DNA of 64,000 bases from an uncultured cyanobacterium (GTDB lineage Bacteria > Cyanobacteriota > Cyanobacteriia > Cyanobacteriales > Nostocaceae), in the NCBI GenBank assembly GCA_963740315.1, contig CAVUDP010000001.1, forward strand, positions 1,590,126 to 1,654,125, given 5' to 3'. The notes under the pieces are model-generated. The model saw only the letters and a program-made list of their open reading frames with translations. It did no database searches and had not been told where the DNA came from. Positions 10,063 to 20,682 of the stretch are shown here, piece by piece (the first letter of the stretch is position 1; each line of letters starts with the position of its first letter). A program made the translations under genes and the position numbers.

Positions 10063-12474
10063 ATGAAACTCACAGATTTATGGAATTCTTTTAGCCGTCA
10101 TGGAAGGGAAATTAGTAACTGGCTAAATCATCCCTTAGACAATATAAAAAAAATTGGTGGACGTTTGATACAAAGAAATGTTGAAAAAATAGAAGTTCCT
10201 GTTGGAAATAATCATAGAAATTCAGATACATCAACAAAAATTAATTCAAACCAAACAGAAGAACATCAACATTTAATAACTTCTGCAAGCGGTATAAAGT
10301 CAGAAATTATAAATAATCATAATGGTCATATAACGAACGGAGTTAATGGACATTCCCGCCAATTTTCAGATTTATCTGTTGGAAATAGTTTTGTAGTTAC
10401 AAAAAATAAAGAAGAAATACCCCTTTTAACTCCAAGTCAAAATATTCAAAGTTTTAAGGGTAGATATAGAATTGGAAAACCGATAGAACCGATAAAAGAT
10501 AATACTATAATACGCGAATATGAAGGATATACTTTTCCTCATAATCAATTAGTTTTGGTAAAAGAATATTTGCTTTTAGAAAAAGATTTTGGTGATAGTG
10601 AAGCCGAAAATCGTCAAAGGGAATTGGTAAAAAGAGCAAATATAAAACTAAAATCTACTCAAATTAAAAATGGAATTAGCGGACAGGATTTTCGGTTGAT
10701 TACTCCATTAGATGCTTTTGCGGATGATAGACGTTGCTACATTATATTTGAGTCAAATCGAGACTATGAAACTCTCAAAGAGTATTTAGATGAAAATATC
10801 CGGATGAATTATGAAGAAGTACGTACACTTCTCAAACAAGTATTGCAAAGTTTATATTTCTTACATAACCAAAATATAATTTTAGGTAATAGCGAATCAA
10901 TATCGGGATTAGCTCACGCAAATATTAGTGTTGATAGTTTGCTGTATGATACCAAACGTAATGAATTGTTTATTTATTTATTTGATTTTGCTTTATGGCA
11001 AGATATTTTTAACCCCCAAAGTTTGAAAAATATTAATGAGTATTATAGTCATAATATGTTTCAGGAGGATTTAAAAGATTTAGGTTATGTAGCAATTAAA
11101 TGTTTATTTTGGAATCACATCATAGAACACGATATTAATCTGGATGAACAAATAAATATTAAGTATTTACTGTCTACTAGCGTTGACTTTAGACTAAACG
11201 AATTTATTGAAAACCTTATAGGGATTAATGGAGGATTTAAGAATACGAAAGAAGCATTTGAGGAGATATCGAAATTACCATTTGAACCTCGACAACCGCA
11301 AGCAAGGTTAGTAGAACCCAATTCTAAAAGCGAAGAGAATAAAAAACCAGATTTTTCTAAGTTAAAGTTATTGTTTTTACTATTATTATCATTTGGCTTA
11401 ATCGCATTAATAACATCACGGTTTTTAAATAATAGTGAAAATGATTCTTCAACAGTTAATACTTCCGAAAATGCTGCTTGTCCCAAAGACTCAAACTTTA
11501 AATGTTCTATCAAAGATGTTTTAGAACAAAAACCTTTTAATGCATCTATTATCGCTGACAACATGGTTTCTGACTGGATGCAAAAAGGAAAATTAGTATC
11601 TTATCAAAATAATTTCAAAAAAGAACTTGAAGATAAATATCAAGCTACTTTAAAAATTGAAAAAATGAATGAAATAGAGAAACAATTAAAAAACGATGAA
11701 GGAATTGATTTTGCTATAGCAAATTTCTCTAATCAGTCTAATAAAAAATGTGAGAATGATAGATTATTAAGTAATGGAAAAAAAAATGGTAATAATACAG
11801 ACGAATCCAATGAATTCAAATGTAAAATAATTGCTTATGACGGGATTGTATTTTTTGTCCCCTTTAGCGATGCTAATAGAGCAAATAGTATTCCAAAAGC
11901 ATTGAACGGTCGTATTAATAAGGATGATTTAGCTAAATTATATCAACAACAAATAACAAATTGGAAAGATTGGAAAGAACTAGGTCTAAAAAATTCACTA
12001 TCTGTCAAATTGTATAAATATGAAGAAGATTCTCTTGTAAAATCATTTATCCCAAAACTACTTGAAAGTAAAGCGATAGAAGAAAGCAACAAAGAGAATT
12101 TTTATTCAATGCTTCAGAATATTCTTCAAGATTTTGAAAAAAATACAGACGGTGGTATTGGATTTGGACTTCTTAGTAAAGTTTACGGTCAATGTTCGGT
12201 ATATCCATTAGCTATAGAAGGAGTACAACCTTTAATCCAAAACGATGGTACTCCCATAAACCCATATATAGACTTGTGTAACGACAAAGGAAGTTATCGT
12301 CTCAATACCGATGCTTTTAAGTCAGGAAATTATCCTTTAAGATTTGCAATTGCAGTTATTTATCGCACTAATAATAAAACAAAAGGTGAAAAATTTGCCA
12401 ATTTAATGTTATCTGATGAAGGACAATCCTTACTACAGGAAATCGGATTAGTACCAGCGAGAAATATTTATTAA
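10063..12474 (+). CDS. Protein-kinase-like (probably pseudokinase) domain + TM helix + PstS/PBP-like substrate-binding domain
   Basis: VLVKEY (beta3 Lys), LAHANIS (HRD position), FDFAL (DFG position); TM LLFLLLLSFGLIALI; IIAYDGIVFFV and YPLRFAIAVIY...FANLMLSDEGQ from the PBP fold. Confidence 0.75.
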   Translation: MKLTDLWNSFSRHGREISNWLNHPLDNIKKIGGRLIQRNVEKIEVPVGNNHRNSDTSTKINSNQTEEHQHLITSASGIKSEIINNHNGHITNGVNGHSRQFSDLSVGNSFVVTKNKEEIPLLTPSQNIQSFKGRYRIGKPIEPIKDNTIIREYEGYTFPHNQLVLVKEYLLLEKDFGDSEAENRQRELVKRANIKLKSTQIKNGISGQDFRLITPLDAFADDRRCYIIFESNRDYETLKEYLDENIRMNYEEVRTLLKQVLQSLYFLHNQNIILGNSESISGLAHANISVDSLLYDTKRNELFIYLFDFALWQDIFNPQSLKNINEYYSHNMFQEDLKDLGYVAIKCLFWNHIIEHDINLDEQINIKYLLSTSVDFRLNEFIENLIGINGGFKNTKEAFEEISKLPFEPRQPQARLVEPNSKSEENKKPDFSKLKLLFLLLLSFGLIALITSRFLNNSENDSSTVNTSENAACPKDSNFKCSIKDVLEQKPFNASIIADNMVSDWMQKGKLVSYQNNFKKELEDKYQATLKIEKMNEIEKQLKNDEGIDFAIANFSNQSNKKCENDRLLSNGKKNGNNTDESNEFKCKIIAYDGIVFFVPFSDANRANSIPKALNGRINKDDLAKLYQQQITNWKDWKELGLKNSLSVKLYKYEEDSLVKSFIPKLLESKAIEESNKENFYSMLQNILQDFEKNTDGGIGFGLLSKVYGQCSVYPLAIEGVQPLIQNDGTPINPYIDLCNDKGSYRLNTDAFKSGNYPLRFAIAVIYRTNNKTKGEKFANLMLSDEGQSLLQEIGLVPARNIY

Positions 12475-12517
12475 AAATAAATTAAATTAAAAATCAACTA
12501 AAAATAAACTTGAAAAT

Positions 12518-12664
12518 ATGACTGAAAAACCTCAAATAAATCAAATAGCACAAAAGGTATTATCCGATGATATATTGCTGCAAAAACTGAGTGACAAAGT
12601 ATACAAGCTGATGCTAGAAGAAATTCAAAACGAACGCGATCGCAATCCCAACTACAGGAGATAA
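12518..12664 (+). CDS. Small 48-aa CIS protein missing from the ORF track
   Basis: MTEKPQINQIAQKVLSDDILLQKLSDKVYKLMLEEIQNERDRNPNYRR. Stops 4 nt before the next ATG. Its motif is shared with the C-terminus of 13224..15926. Confidence 0.7.
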   Translation: MTEKPQINQIAQKVLSDDILLQKLSDKVYKLMLEEIQNERDRNPNYRR

Positions 12665-12668
12665 ATCA

Positions 12669-13199
12669 ATGACTAACAATGGAAAATCAAGCGGTGAGTT
12701 GAATTATGTCACAGCTAATCGCTTTTATGTAGAAATGGAAAACAGTATCACAGCTTCTTTCAGCGAGTGTTCGGGATTAGGAGTGACAATTAATAAAAAA
12801 CGCTATCGAGAAGGAGGAGTAAATGACCAACAAAGAATAATATTAGGTGAAGCGCAGTTTTCAGATATTATTTTAAAGCGTGGGATTACTGATGATTTAA
12901 CCTTTTGGGATTGGGTTAGCAGTGTAGTTGGAGATTACAGACAACCATCTCTTCCTATAGAACGTCGCAACATTAATATATTACTTTTCAATCAAGCAGG
13001 GGAAACTATGCAGTATTGGACATTAATTGCTGCTGTTCCGGTAGGTTGGAAAGCACCAGCATTACAAGCAGATTCAAATTCAGTAGCGATTGAAGAATTA
13101 ACTTTAGCTTATGAAGGATTGAAAATAGAAAAACCCGGAGGTGGAAAAGTTGTCACATCGTTCAAATCTGGAAGAGGTAAATCGGGTTACTTTGGATAA
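12669..13199 (+). CDS. gp19-like tube initiator (Afp5-like)
   Basis: RFYVE, FSECSGL, REGGVND, DIILKRGIT, PVGWKAPALQA, VAIEELTLAYEG. Confidence 0.9.
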   Translation: MTNNGKSSGELNYVTANRFYVEMENSITASFSECSGLGVTINKKRYREGGVNDQQRIILGEAQFSDIILKRGITDDLTFWDWVSSVVGDYRQPSLPIERRNINILLFNQAGETMQYWTLIAAVPVGWKAPALQADSNSVAIEELTLAYEGLKIEKPGGGKVVTSFKSGRGKSGYFG

Positions 13200-13223
13200 T
13201 TTCGGATATTTCAGATAATTATT

Positions 13224-15926
13224 ATGTCTTTAACAAATTGTATTCAAAGAAAACCCTTACTTCCACCATCACCGTTGGGTTTTCAAATGAAACCCTTATA
13301 TTCTTTACCTCCTTTAGGTCGATTTGTAGAACCTTTAGGACAAAATTCAAATGCAGATGAATTGATATTTCCATCCATTCAACTTTCAGAAATTAGTATT
13401 GCTTCTGATGAAAATATAGCTAGTTTATCAAAGTCTTCAGAATCAACAAGTGATATTCAATTACAAGCAAATCAAATTGATTCAAATTCAAATTCAAATT
13501 CAAATAATCAATCTATCAGTAATAGAGAATTTCTTTCATCGGATAATATTTCTCAAGCTAACGATGAAATTACAGTAGCACCCAAAGTTGATGCAGAAGA
13601 GAAACAATTACCCGAACCATTAGAATCTTTAAAACCTCTAGCTCAAAACTCAGATTTTTACATCTCTAGATTTGTCGCTGATTATTTATCGAATAAACCC
13701 GGTGTTTATAGCACTGCTTTATCTCGAAGTCAAAATCCAATTGAAGATAATCAAAATATAGAAAATATTGCTTCTACGGTAACATCGGAAAAAAATTATC
13801 AAATCGAACCTGCACAACAACTTAATAAATTACAAACACGTTTAGAAACAGAAAATTTTGATTTAAATAATGAATTATTATCGGAAAGTCTTTCAAACTC
13901 AGATTTAACAAATATTGAAAAGCAAACAGAAGTATTAGCAAAAGATAATCAGGTTAACTCCGAATTTACCCCAACATCTGAAAGTAATTTCCAAAGCGAC
14001 AATCAAGACATAACGATAGTAAATACTAACAAAGGTTTATCAAAATCACCTCAACTAGATACTCCAGATTTTAATATTTCATCACAAATAAATCAGTCAG
14101 AAGCAGGTAATATAAATAAAACTCCTACTGATTTAAATCAAACACAGTTAAATTCACCAGCTTTACCCAAATCAAATTCAGCAGTACCAAATTTACCGGA
14201 TAATATTGATGGAATAGAATTAATAAATCAAAACATTATTAACAGTAAACAAAAATTAGAAACTGCTCAAATACAAACTTCAGCAACAGAAGATAAACTC
14301 AAACCACAATTAGAACCATCGTTAAAAACTTCTTCGGAAGCTACCCCAGAACTTAATCCATCAAACAATAAAATAGAAGAGCAAGATGTAGTTGAATCTA
14401 CACCAACTTACGACAATAAATTACAAACGAATATTGAAAATGATTCTAATAATAACTCTGAAAATATTTCTGAGAATAAACATCAACCTTCAAATTCTCC
14501 TCAAAATCCAGAAATCCAAGACAGTGACTCCGAATTAATTCAGTCACAATTAGAAACTGCTCAAATACAGACTTCAGCAACAGAAGATAAACTCGAACCA
14601 CAATTAGAACCATCATTCAAAACTTCTTCGGAAGCTACCCCAGAACTTAATCCATTAACAAATCAAACAGAAAAACAAGATGTAGTTGAATCTACACCGA
14701 TTACTGAAAATAATTCTAAAAATAACTCAGAAAATATTTCTGAGAATAAACATCAACCTTCAAAAACTTCTTCTGATATACCTCAAACCGTTCAGACAAA
14801 TAGTGAGAACCTAACAAACAAACCAGAAAAATCAAATTACTCACAGCTTTCACCTTTAATTCAACAGTCAGATTTACAGCTTTCTAAGTTTGTTAATGAC
14901 TTTTCAAATCTATCAGCTACTTATTCTCAGAATAGTTTACAAGCATTTACTCAGTCTTCCCAGCAGCATGAATTATATAATTCTGAAAATAATCCTCGGT
15001 TTTTACAACAATCACCTGAAATATCATCTCGAATCTCAAATAATGCTCCTGAAAGTAAATTCAATCAAAATCAAAATCTGAATCCAAACACTATCGATTT
15101 AGATAAATCCATAAATACAACTAATGAAAGAGACTTACCTGTAAATAATGATTTTTCTAATAATGAAACGAGTAACAATGACACTAATTTAATTCATACA
15201 AAATCTGAAAATAATTATAGTAAAGCTAATAATGATGTGATTCCCGATTCATGGTCTAATATATCAGAATTAATTGAGAATACATCACCAGATAAATTAC
15301 AGCAATCTCCCAACATTTCTGAGATAAATAATCAGCATTATGATGACACCCAATTTACAAATGCATCATCTCCAAATCAAGTTAATTCACATAATAATCA
15401 ATATATAAGTCAGCCAAAAGCAGCAGATTCACAACTTAATGAATCGGAAACAAATCATATATCCAATCATCAGATTAATGATACTTGGTCAAACGTTTCT
15501 GAATTAATAGCGAAAAATTACCAACAACCGTCTGAAATACTAAAAAAGACAACCGATGAATTAACTTCTCTATACTCAAATATCAATCAAGAAGAATTAA
15601 CATCATCTCATAATATTACCTCACAATCCGAAAATTCACCCGATACCAAACACAAATCAATCAATGATGAAGAATTAAATATTTTAGCTTATCAAATCTA
15701 TACTATTATTCGCCAGAAATTAGAAGTTGATAGAGAATGTCTCGGTAGAGAATTATTCGGATATTCAGAATGGTCAAATATTATTCCCTTGAATTTGAGT
15801 ATAGGAAGTTATCACAAAATAAATCAAGTTGATTTTCTCCAACCAAAAATGAATATGTTAGCAATAGAAGTATATAAACTGATTTCTATCCGCTTAGAAG
15901 TAGAAAAAGAAAGATGTATTAGATAA
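13224..15926 (+). CDS. Long low-complexity N/S/Q/E-rich CIS protein, candidate tape-measure/scaffold
   Basis: Lies between Afp5-like and Afp7-like genes; disordered composition, internal duplication, helical C-terminal motifs. Function is inferred. Confidence 0.6.
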   Translation: MSLTNCIQRKPLLPPSPLGFQMKPLYSLPPLGRFVEPLGQNSNADELIFPSIQLSEISIASDENIASLSKSSESTSDIQLQANQIDSNSNSNSNNQSISNREFLSSDNISQANDEITVAPKVDAEEKQLPEPLESLKPLAQNSDFYISRFVADYLSNKPGVYSTALSRSQNPIEDNQNIENIASTVTSEKNYQIEPAQQLNKLQTRLETENFDLNNELLSESLSNSDLTNIEKQTEVLAKDNQVNSEFTPTSESNFQSDNQDITIVNTNKGLSKSPQLDTPDFNISSQINQSEAGNINKTPTDLNQTQLNSPALPKSNSAVPNLPDNIDGIELINQNIINSKQKLETAQIQTSATEDKLKPQLEPSLKTSSEATPELNPSNNKIEEQDVVESTPTYDNKLQTNIENDSNNNSENISENKHQPSNSPQNPEIQDSDSELIQSQLETAQIQTSATEDKLEPQLEPSFKTSSEATPELNPLTNQTEKQDVVESTPITENNSKNNSENISENKHQPSKTSSDIPQTVQTNSENLTNKPEKSNYSQLSPLIQQSDLQLSKFVNDFSNLSATYSQNSLQAFTQSSQQHELYNSENNPRFLQQSPEISSRISNNAPESKFNQNQNLNPNTIDLDKSINTTNERDLPVNNDFSNNETSNNDTNLIHTKSENNYSKANNDVIPDSWSNISELIENTSPDKLQQSPNISEINNQHYDDTQFTNASSPNQVNSHNNQYISQPKAADSQLNESETNHISNHQINDTWSNVSELIAKNYQQPSEILKKTTDELTSLYSNINQEELTSSHNITSQSENSPDTKHKSINDEELNILAYQIYTIIRQKLEVDRECLGRELFGYSEWSNIIPLNLSIGSYHKINQVDFLQPKMNMLAIEVYKLISIRLEVEKERCIR
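14254..14764 (+). repeat. Intragenic tandem duplication (~270-294 bp period)
   Basis: LETAQIQTSATEDKL.PQLEPS.KTSSEATPELNP at ~14256 and ~14550; NNSENISENKHQPS at 14451 and 14721. Confidence 0.9.
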
Positions 15927-15936
15927 GGAGCTAAAA

Positions 15937-16467
15937 ATGTCATTAGAAAAAGCCAAACTTGAAGCTATAAGTGGTCAAGAACACATCGAATTCATGTTTA
16001 ATCCCGGTGAAATATCTTTTGACGGAAATGTTAATACCTCAGAAAGTCCAGGTGCTAGAAATAAAACAACAGGTAAACCAAAGGTTAGCTATGCTAATAA
16101 ACAAGCTAATAAAATAACTCTAAACAATATATTATTTGATACTTATGAAACTAAAAAAGATGTTGTTAAACAATATATTGAAAAATTTCAAAGAGCAATA
16201 GATTTTCATCAAAAAGATGAAAAACCGCCGACTTTCAAATTTATTTGGGGTGGTAGAGTTTACCTAGATTTTTGTTTTATTGAAAAGCTCAGTTATAAAT
16301 TAACCTTCTTTCTTGCAGATGGTACCCCTGTACGTGCTGAAATTGATAGCTTAAGTTTAATAGAAGCTGACGATCCAAAAGATAGTCAATCTAATAAAAG
16401 TCCGCAACCAACTGAAAAACAACGTCGTACAGATTCCTTACAAAATCGTCGAAAGAAAAGAAAATGA
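15937..16467 (+). CDS. CIS tube-like baseplate protein (Afp7-like, no LysM)
   Basis: LEKAKL, FMFNPGEI, FDTYE, PPTFKFIWG, FLADGTPVRA. Confidence 0.85.
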   Translation: MSLEKAKLEAISGQEHIEFMFNPGEISFDGNVNTSESPGARNKTTGKPKVSYANKQANKITLNNILFDTYETKKDVVKQYIEKFQRAIDFHQKDEKPPTFKFIWGGRVYLDFCFIEKLSYKLTFFLADGTPVRAEIDSLSLIEADDPKDSQSNKSPQPTEKQRRTDSLQNRRKKRK

Positions 16468-16500
16468 ACACAGTGAACAATTAACAACTAACAAGATTCT

Positions 16501-18225
16501 ATGAACGAAGTTCTTTATCGCTCGTTACCAAAAGTATATATTGACGGTGAACCAGCAGAAAGTAAATTTATGGATGATATTATCCAAATCTCTGTAGAAG
16601 AAAGTCTTCATCAACCTGGAATGTTTGTTCTAGTAATGCATAATGACTATCATCCAGGTAGCAATAAAGATAATCGCTGGAGATACAAGAATTTATTACA
16701 AATAGGTAAATCAATAGAAATTGGATTTACTCATAGTTTAAGAAGTAATGATGATGCAGAAGATAAAGATAAACAAGATACTTTAATTCAAGGTGAAATT
16801 ACTGCGATTGAAACTTCTTTTAATGAAAAATCTCAAGCTCCAGTAATAGTTAGAGGTTATGACGTTTCTCACCGCTTGTATCGAGGACATTATAATCGTT
16901 CTTTTCAAAATATGACTGATAGCGATATCGTAGAAAAAATAGCCAAAGAAGTAGGAATTTCCACCGGCAAAATTGAAGATACTAAAATACCCCATGAATA
17001 TGTATTCCAATCCAATCAAAATAATATGGAATTCCTCAGAGAACGTGCAACACGTCAGGGGTTTGAATTATATATTCAAGATGGCAAAATTTACTTTCGT
17101 AAACCTAAATCCGACACAGATTTAAAGTTAAAATGGCTCGAAGAAATCCATAGTTTTCGAGTTAGAGTAACCAGCGCAGAACAAGTAAAAGAAGTTGAAG
17201 TTAGGGGATGGGATTACAGCAATAAAAGACCGATTGTTGCAACTAAAAAGGAACCAGAATTAATTACTAAAACAAAGAATGGCACGGGTAGCAAAACCAA
17301 CGATAATTTTAATAAACTACCTACACCCAAAATGGTAGTTGTAGACAAACCCGTGTTTAACCCCAAAGAAGCAGATGTTATTGCTCAAGCATTATGTAAT
17401 GAGTTAGGGGGACAATTTGTTTACGCTGATGCAAAAGCTGAAGGGAATACCGAGATTAGAGCGGGACGTGTGGTTGAGTTAGAAGAAATAGGACAGCACG
17501 ATGGAAAATACTACATCACCGAAACCCGTCATCTCTATCAAGAAAGAGTTTACACTACAGAATTCAGCGTCAGAGGTTTGCGTGGAGGAGATTTATTAAA
17601 TATCCTATCTCCCCAAACCCATCTCAAACCCGGACAAACATCCTTGGTGGGTATTGTCACAGATAACGAAGACCCGGAAGGATGGGGAAGAGTCAAAGTA
17701 AAATTTCCTACACTCACCGAAGAACACGCTAGTCAATGGGCTAGGGTAGTCAGTATGGGCGCTGGTAACAAACGCGGCTTTGATTGTTTACCGGAAATTA
17801 ATGATGAAGTATTAGTATTATTTGAACATGGTGATATTCATCGTCCTTACGTAATTGGTGGAGTTTGGAACGGAGAAGATTCCCCTCCCGAATCTATAAT
17901 GAATAGCGTTAAAGATGGTCTAGTACGTTTAAGAAGCTTTAACACTCGTACCGGACATCAATTGCAGTTTGTAGAAGAAGACAAAGAAAACAGTAAAACT
18001 GGAATTTGTATTACAACAAACGGCGGACATAAAATTCAACTGAATGATAGCGAAAAATTTATAGAAATAAAGACATCAAAAGGTCATAAATTAAAAATGA
18101 GCGATAAAGATAGCAGTATAAATTTAAGCTCTATAGGAAATTTAAAAATTGAAGCAAAAGGTAATATTGATATTAATGCTACAGGTGTAATTACAGTTCA
18201 AGGCAGTCTAATTAAACTGAATTAA
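16501..18225 (+). CDS. VgrG/Afp8-like spike (gp27-gp5 fusion)
   Basis: RSFQNMTDSDI, GIVTDNEDPEGWGRVKVKFP, WARV, LPEINDEVLVLFEHGD, PYVIGGVWNG, C-terminal beta-helix repeats. Confidence 0.95.
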   Translation: MNEVLYRSLPKVYIDGEPAESKFMDDIIQISVEESLHQPGMFVLVMHNDYHPGSNKDNRWRYKNLLQIGKSIEIGFTHSLRSNDDAEDKDKQDTLIQGEITAIETSFNEKSQAPVIVRGYDVSHRLYRGHYNRSFQNMTDSDIVEKIAKEVGISTGKIEDTKIPHEYVFQSNQNNMEFLRERATRQGFELYIQDGKIYFRKPKSDTDLKLKWLEEIHSFRVRVTSAEQVKEVEVRGWDYSNKRPIVATKKEPELITKTKNGTGSKTNDNFNKLPTPKMVVVDKPVFNPKEADVIAQALCNELGGQFVYADAKAEGNTEIRAGRVVELEEIGQHDGKYYITETRHLYQERVYTTEFSVRGLRGGDLLNILSPQTHLKPGQTSLVGIVTDNEDPEGWGRVKVKFPTLTEEHASQWARVVSMGAGNKRGFDCLPEINDEVLVLFEHGDIHRPYVIGGVWNGEDSPPESIMNSVKDGLVRLRSFNTRTGHQLQFVEEDKENSKTGICITTNGGHKIQLNDSEKFIEIKTSKGHKLKMSDKDSSINLSSIGNLKIEAKGNIDINATGVITVQGSLIKLN

Positions 18226-18247
18226 TAAGACTTATAAGGATTTGAAC

Positions 18248-18316
18248 GTAGGGTGCTGTGACGCGGCGAAAAACTTTGAACGTAGCAATAAATCTTACTT
18301 AAGCGCGTCACGCACC
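18248..18316. repeat. REP-like hairpin
   Basis: GTAGGGTGCTGTGACGCG...CGCGTCACGCACC. Confidence 0.65.
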
Positions 18317-18396
18317 AACCAGTAATTGCGATTATCATAAGTCCTAATTAATACAAAACAAATTCAATTAATCAAATCATCTAAGTATCTAAAATT

Positions 18397-18894
18397 ATGA
18401 GTAAACCAGCAGCCAGATTAGGAGATCCAGTAGCTCACATTCTACCTCCAGCATTAGCTGGAAGTCCCGGAAGTCTTAATGTAATTATTGGTAATTTACC
18501 AGCATGGAGAGGAATACCAGCAGCCGCAGCAGCAGCAATTCAGTCAGCAAAAACAGTAAGCGATACAGCAATCAAAACTGCCGAAGCAGCAACAGTCGCA
18601 GCAGCCGCGACTCCCGGCGCACCAGCAGCCTTAGCCGCCGAACAAACAGCTAAAACCGCAGCCCTTAAAGCCATGAGCAGCTTGATTTCTAGCAGCGCAG
18701 GAGGTGCAGATATTCACGTTTGTGCAGTACCCTCACCCGTTCCACCCCACGGCCCAGGTGTAGTAACTACAGGAAGTACAACAGTATTAATTAATGGGCT
18801 TCCAGCCTCTAGATTAGGAGACACAATTTTAGAAGCACTCGGTCCACCGAACGCTATTGTTAGTGGTTGTCCGACTGTTTTGATTGGTGGGTAA
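18397..18894 (+). CDS. PAAR spike-tip protein with Ala-rich insertion
   Basis: KPAARLGD, LPAWR, GSTTVLINGLPASRLGD, SGCPTVLIGG. Confidence 0.92.
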   Translation: MSKPAARLGDPVAHILPPALAGSPGSLNVIIGNLPAWRGIPAAAAAAIQSAKTVSDTAIKTAEAATVAAAATPGAPAALAAEQTAKTAALKAMSSLISSSAGGADIHVCAVPSPVPPHGPGVVTTGSTTVLINGLPASRLGDTILEALGPPNAIVSGCPTVLIGG

Positions 18895-19008
18895 GAAGCC
18901 CTAAATCACCTTGGAATTGCATTCCCTGGCGGTTTTGAAATTATTGCAAGATGTGAATTCTAACGCACTCTACATAAAAGACTAACAGGTTGATAAAACA
19001 TTTAATTA

Positions 19009-20682
19009 GGGCTTGCTGAATAAATATAAAAATGTGATGCAGCATACATTATCAGCCCCAAGGAATATATTCAGGTGCAAGGAAAAGGTCTAGAATAACT
19101 CAAAACCCTTGCATTACCGTGAGTAACACGCTGCGCGTGTTTAGTATATATGTATCGTTTTGAGGAGCAGTCTCAGGTATCATCAGAAAACTTTGAACTC
19201 CCTTTCGAGGGAAAGTTGTCTGAAAATAATCGTTGGGTAATTATGGCTTCATTAATACCTTGGTCAGATTTTGAAGAAGAATATGCTTCAATTTTTACCG
19301 AAGAAATAGGCGCACCAGCCAAATCTTTTCGTATGGCGTTAGGGGCACTAATAATTAAAGAGAAATTAGGAATAAGTGATAGAGAGACTGTAGAGCAAAT
19401 TAAGGAGAACCCTTATCTACAATATTTTATAGGGATATCATCCTATAGCAATGAAACACCGTTTGATGCCTCTATGTTAGTTCACTTTCGTCAAAGAATA
19501 GGTATAGAGTTAGTCAATAAAATTAATCAAAAAATGGTGAAGGAGATGTTAAATAATTCTTCAACACCAATTAAAAAAAAAGAATTAAATCAATCAAAAA
19601 ATAAAGGTAAATTAATATTAGATGCCACTTGTGCGCCAAGCGATATTAGTTATCCCACAGACTTAGGGCTATTAAATCAAGCTAGAAAGCATACAGAAAA
19701 AATTATTGATTTGCTATATGAGCAAGTTAAAAATAAACTTGATAGAAAGCCAAGAACTTATCGTAATCTTGCACGAAGAAATTACTTAAAAGTTGCTAAA
19801 AAACGTCGTCCACTCCGAAAAGAAAGAAGAAAATCTTTAAAACAACAACTTCAATATATTAAGAGGAATATCTCTCATATTAAGCAGTTAGTTAATCTGG
19901 GAGCAAATCCATCTGAATTGAGCCATAGACAATATAAAATATTGCTAGTGGTAAGTGAAGTTTATCGTCAACAATTGTGGTTATACGAAAACAATAAGAA
20001 GAGTATTGATTATCGTATTGTTAGTTTAAATCAACCACATATACGTCCAATTGTTCGGGGTAAAGCGGGTAAAACAGTAGAGTTTGGGGCAAAATTATCA
20101 GCTAGTTGTTTTGATGGATATGTATTTTTAGACCGTATTAGTTGGAATAATTTTAATGAATCAACAGATTTAAAAATACAAATAGAATCTTTTAAAAAAT
20201 ACACTGGTTACTACCCTGAATCGGTTCATGTTGATAAGATTTATCGTACACAACAAAATCGAGCTTGGTGCAAAGAACGAGGTATTAGAATCAGTGGACC
20301 GCCTTTGGGAAGACCACCTATTAATATTAGTAAAGAGAATAAGAAACAAGCTGCCTCAGATGAAAGGATTCGTAGTTGCATTGAAGGTAAATTTGGACAA
20401 GGTAAAAGAAGATTTAGTCTCAATTGTGTGATGACTAAACTTTCTCACACTTCTAAAACTGCAATCGCAATTACTTTTTTGGTAATGAATCTTTCCAGCT
20501 ATCTATCACGTTTATTGAGAGATTTTTTATGTGTATTTTTCAAAAATCTCTCTTTTTTACGGTTTGACATCAATAAACATTATGTTTTTCTTAATTTTCG
20601 TAAACAAAAACTTATTTTTAGCTCTTCCCTGAATAACTAATAAATCTCCATCTCACTTTTTTATTATTTTTTCAGCAAGCCC
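19009..20682 (+). mobile_element. IS5-family insertion sequence, copy 1 (intact)
   Basis: TIRs GGGCTTGCTGAA / TTCAGCAAGCCC; TAATTA on both flanks; near-identical inverted copy at 54923-56595. Confidence 0.93.
19150..20640 (+). CDS. IS5-family DDE transposase
   Basis: ENPYLQYFIG, LILDATCAP, RGKAGKTVEFGAK, VDKIY, IEGKFGQGKR. Confidence 0.93.
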   Translation: MYRFEEQSQVSSENFELPFEGKLSENNRWVIMASLIPWSDFEEEYASIFTEEIGAPAKSFRMALGALIIKEKLGISDRETVEQIKENPYLQYFIGISSYSNETPFDASMLVHFRQRIGIELVNKINQKMVKEMLNNSSTPIKKKELNQSKNKGKLILDATCAPSDISYPTDLGLLNQARKHTEKIIDLLYEQVKNKLDRKPRTYRNLARRNYLKVAKKRRPLRKERRKSLKQQLQYIKRNISHIKQLVNLGANPSELSHRQYKILLVVSEVYRQQLWLYENNKKSIDYRIVSLNQPHIRPIVRGKAGKTVEFGAKLSASCFDGYVFLDRISWNNFNESTDLKIQIESFKKYTGYYPESVHVDKIYRTQQNRAWCKERGIRISGPPLGRPPINISKENKKQAASDERIRSCIEGKFGQGKRRFSLNCVMTKLSHTSKTAIAITFLVMNLSSYLSRLLRDFLCVFFKNLSFLRFDINKHYVFLNFRKQKLIFSSSLNN

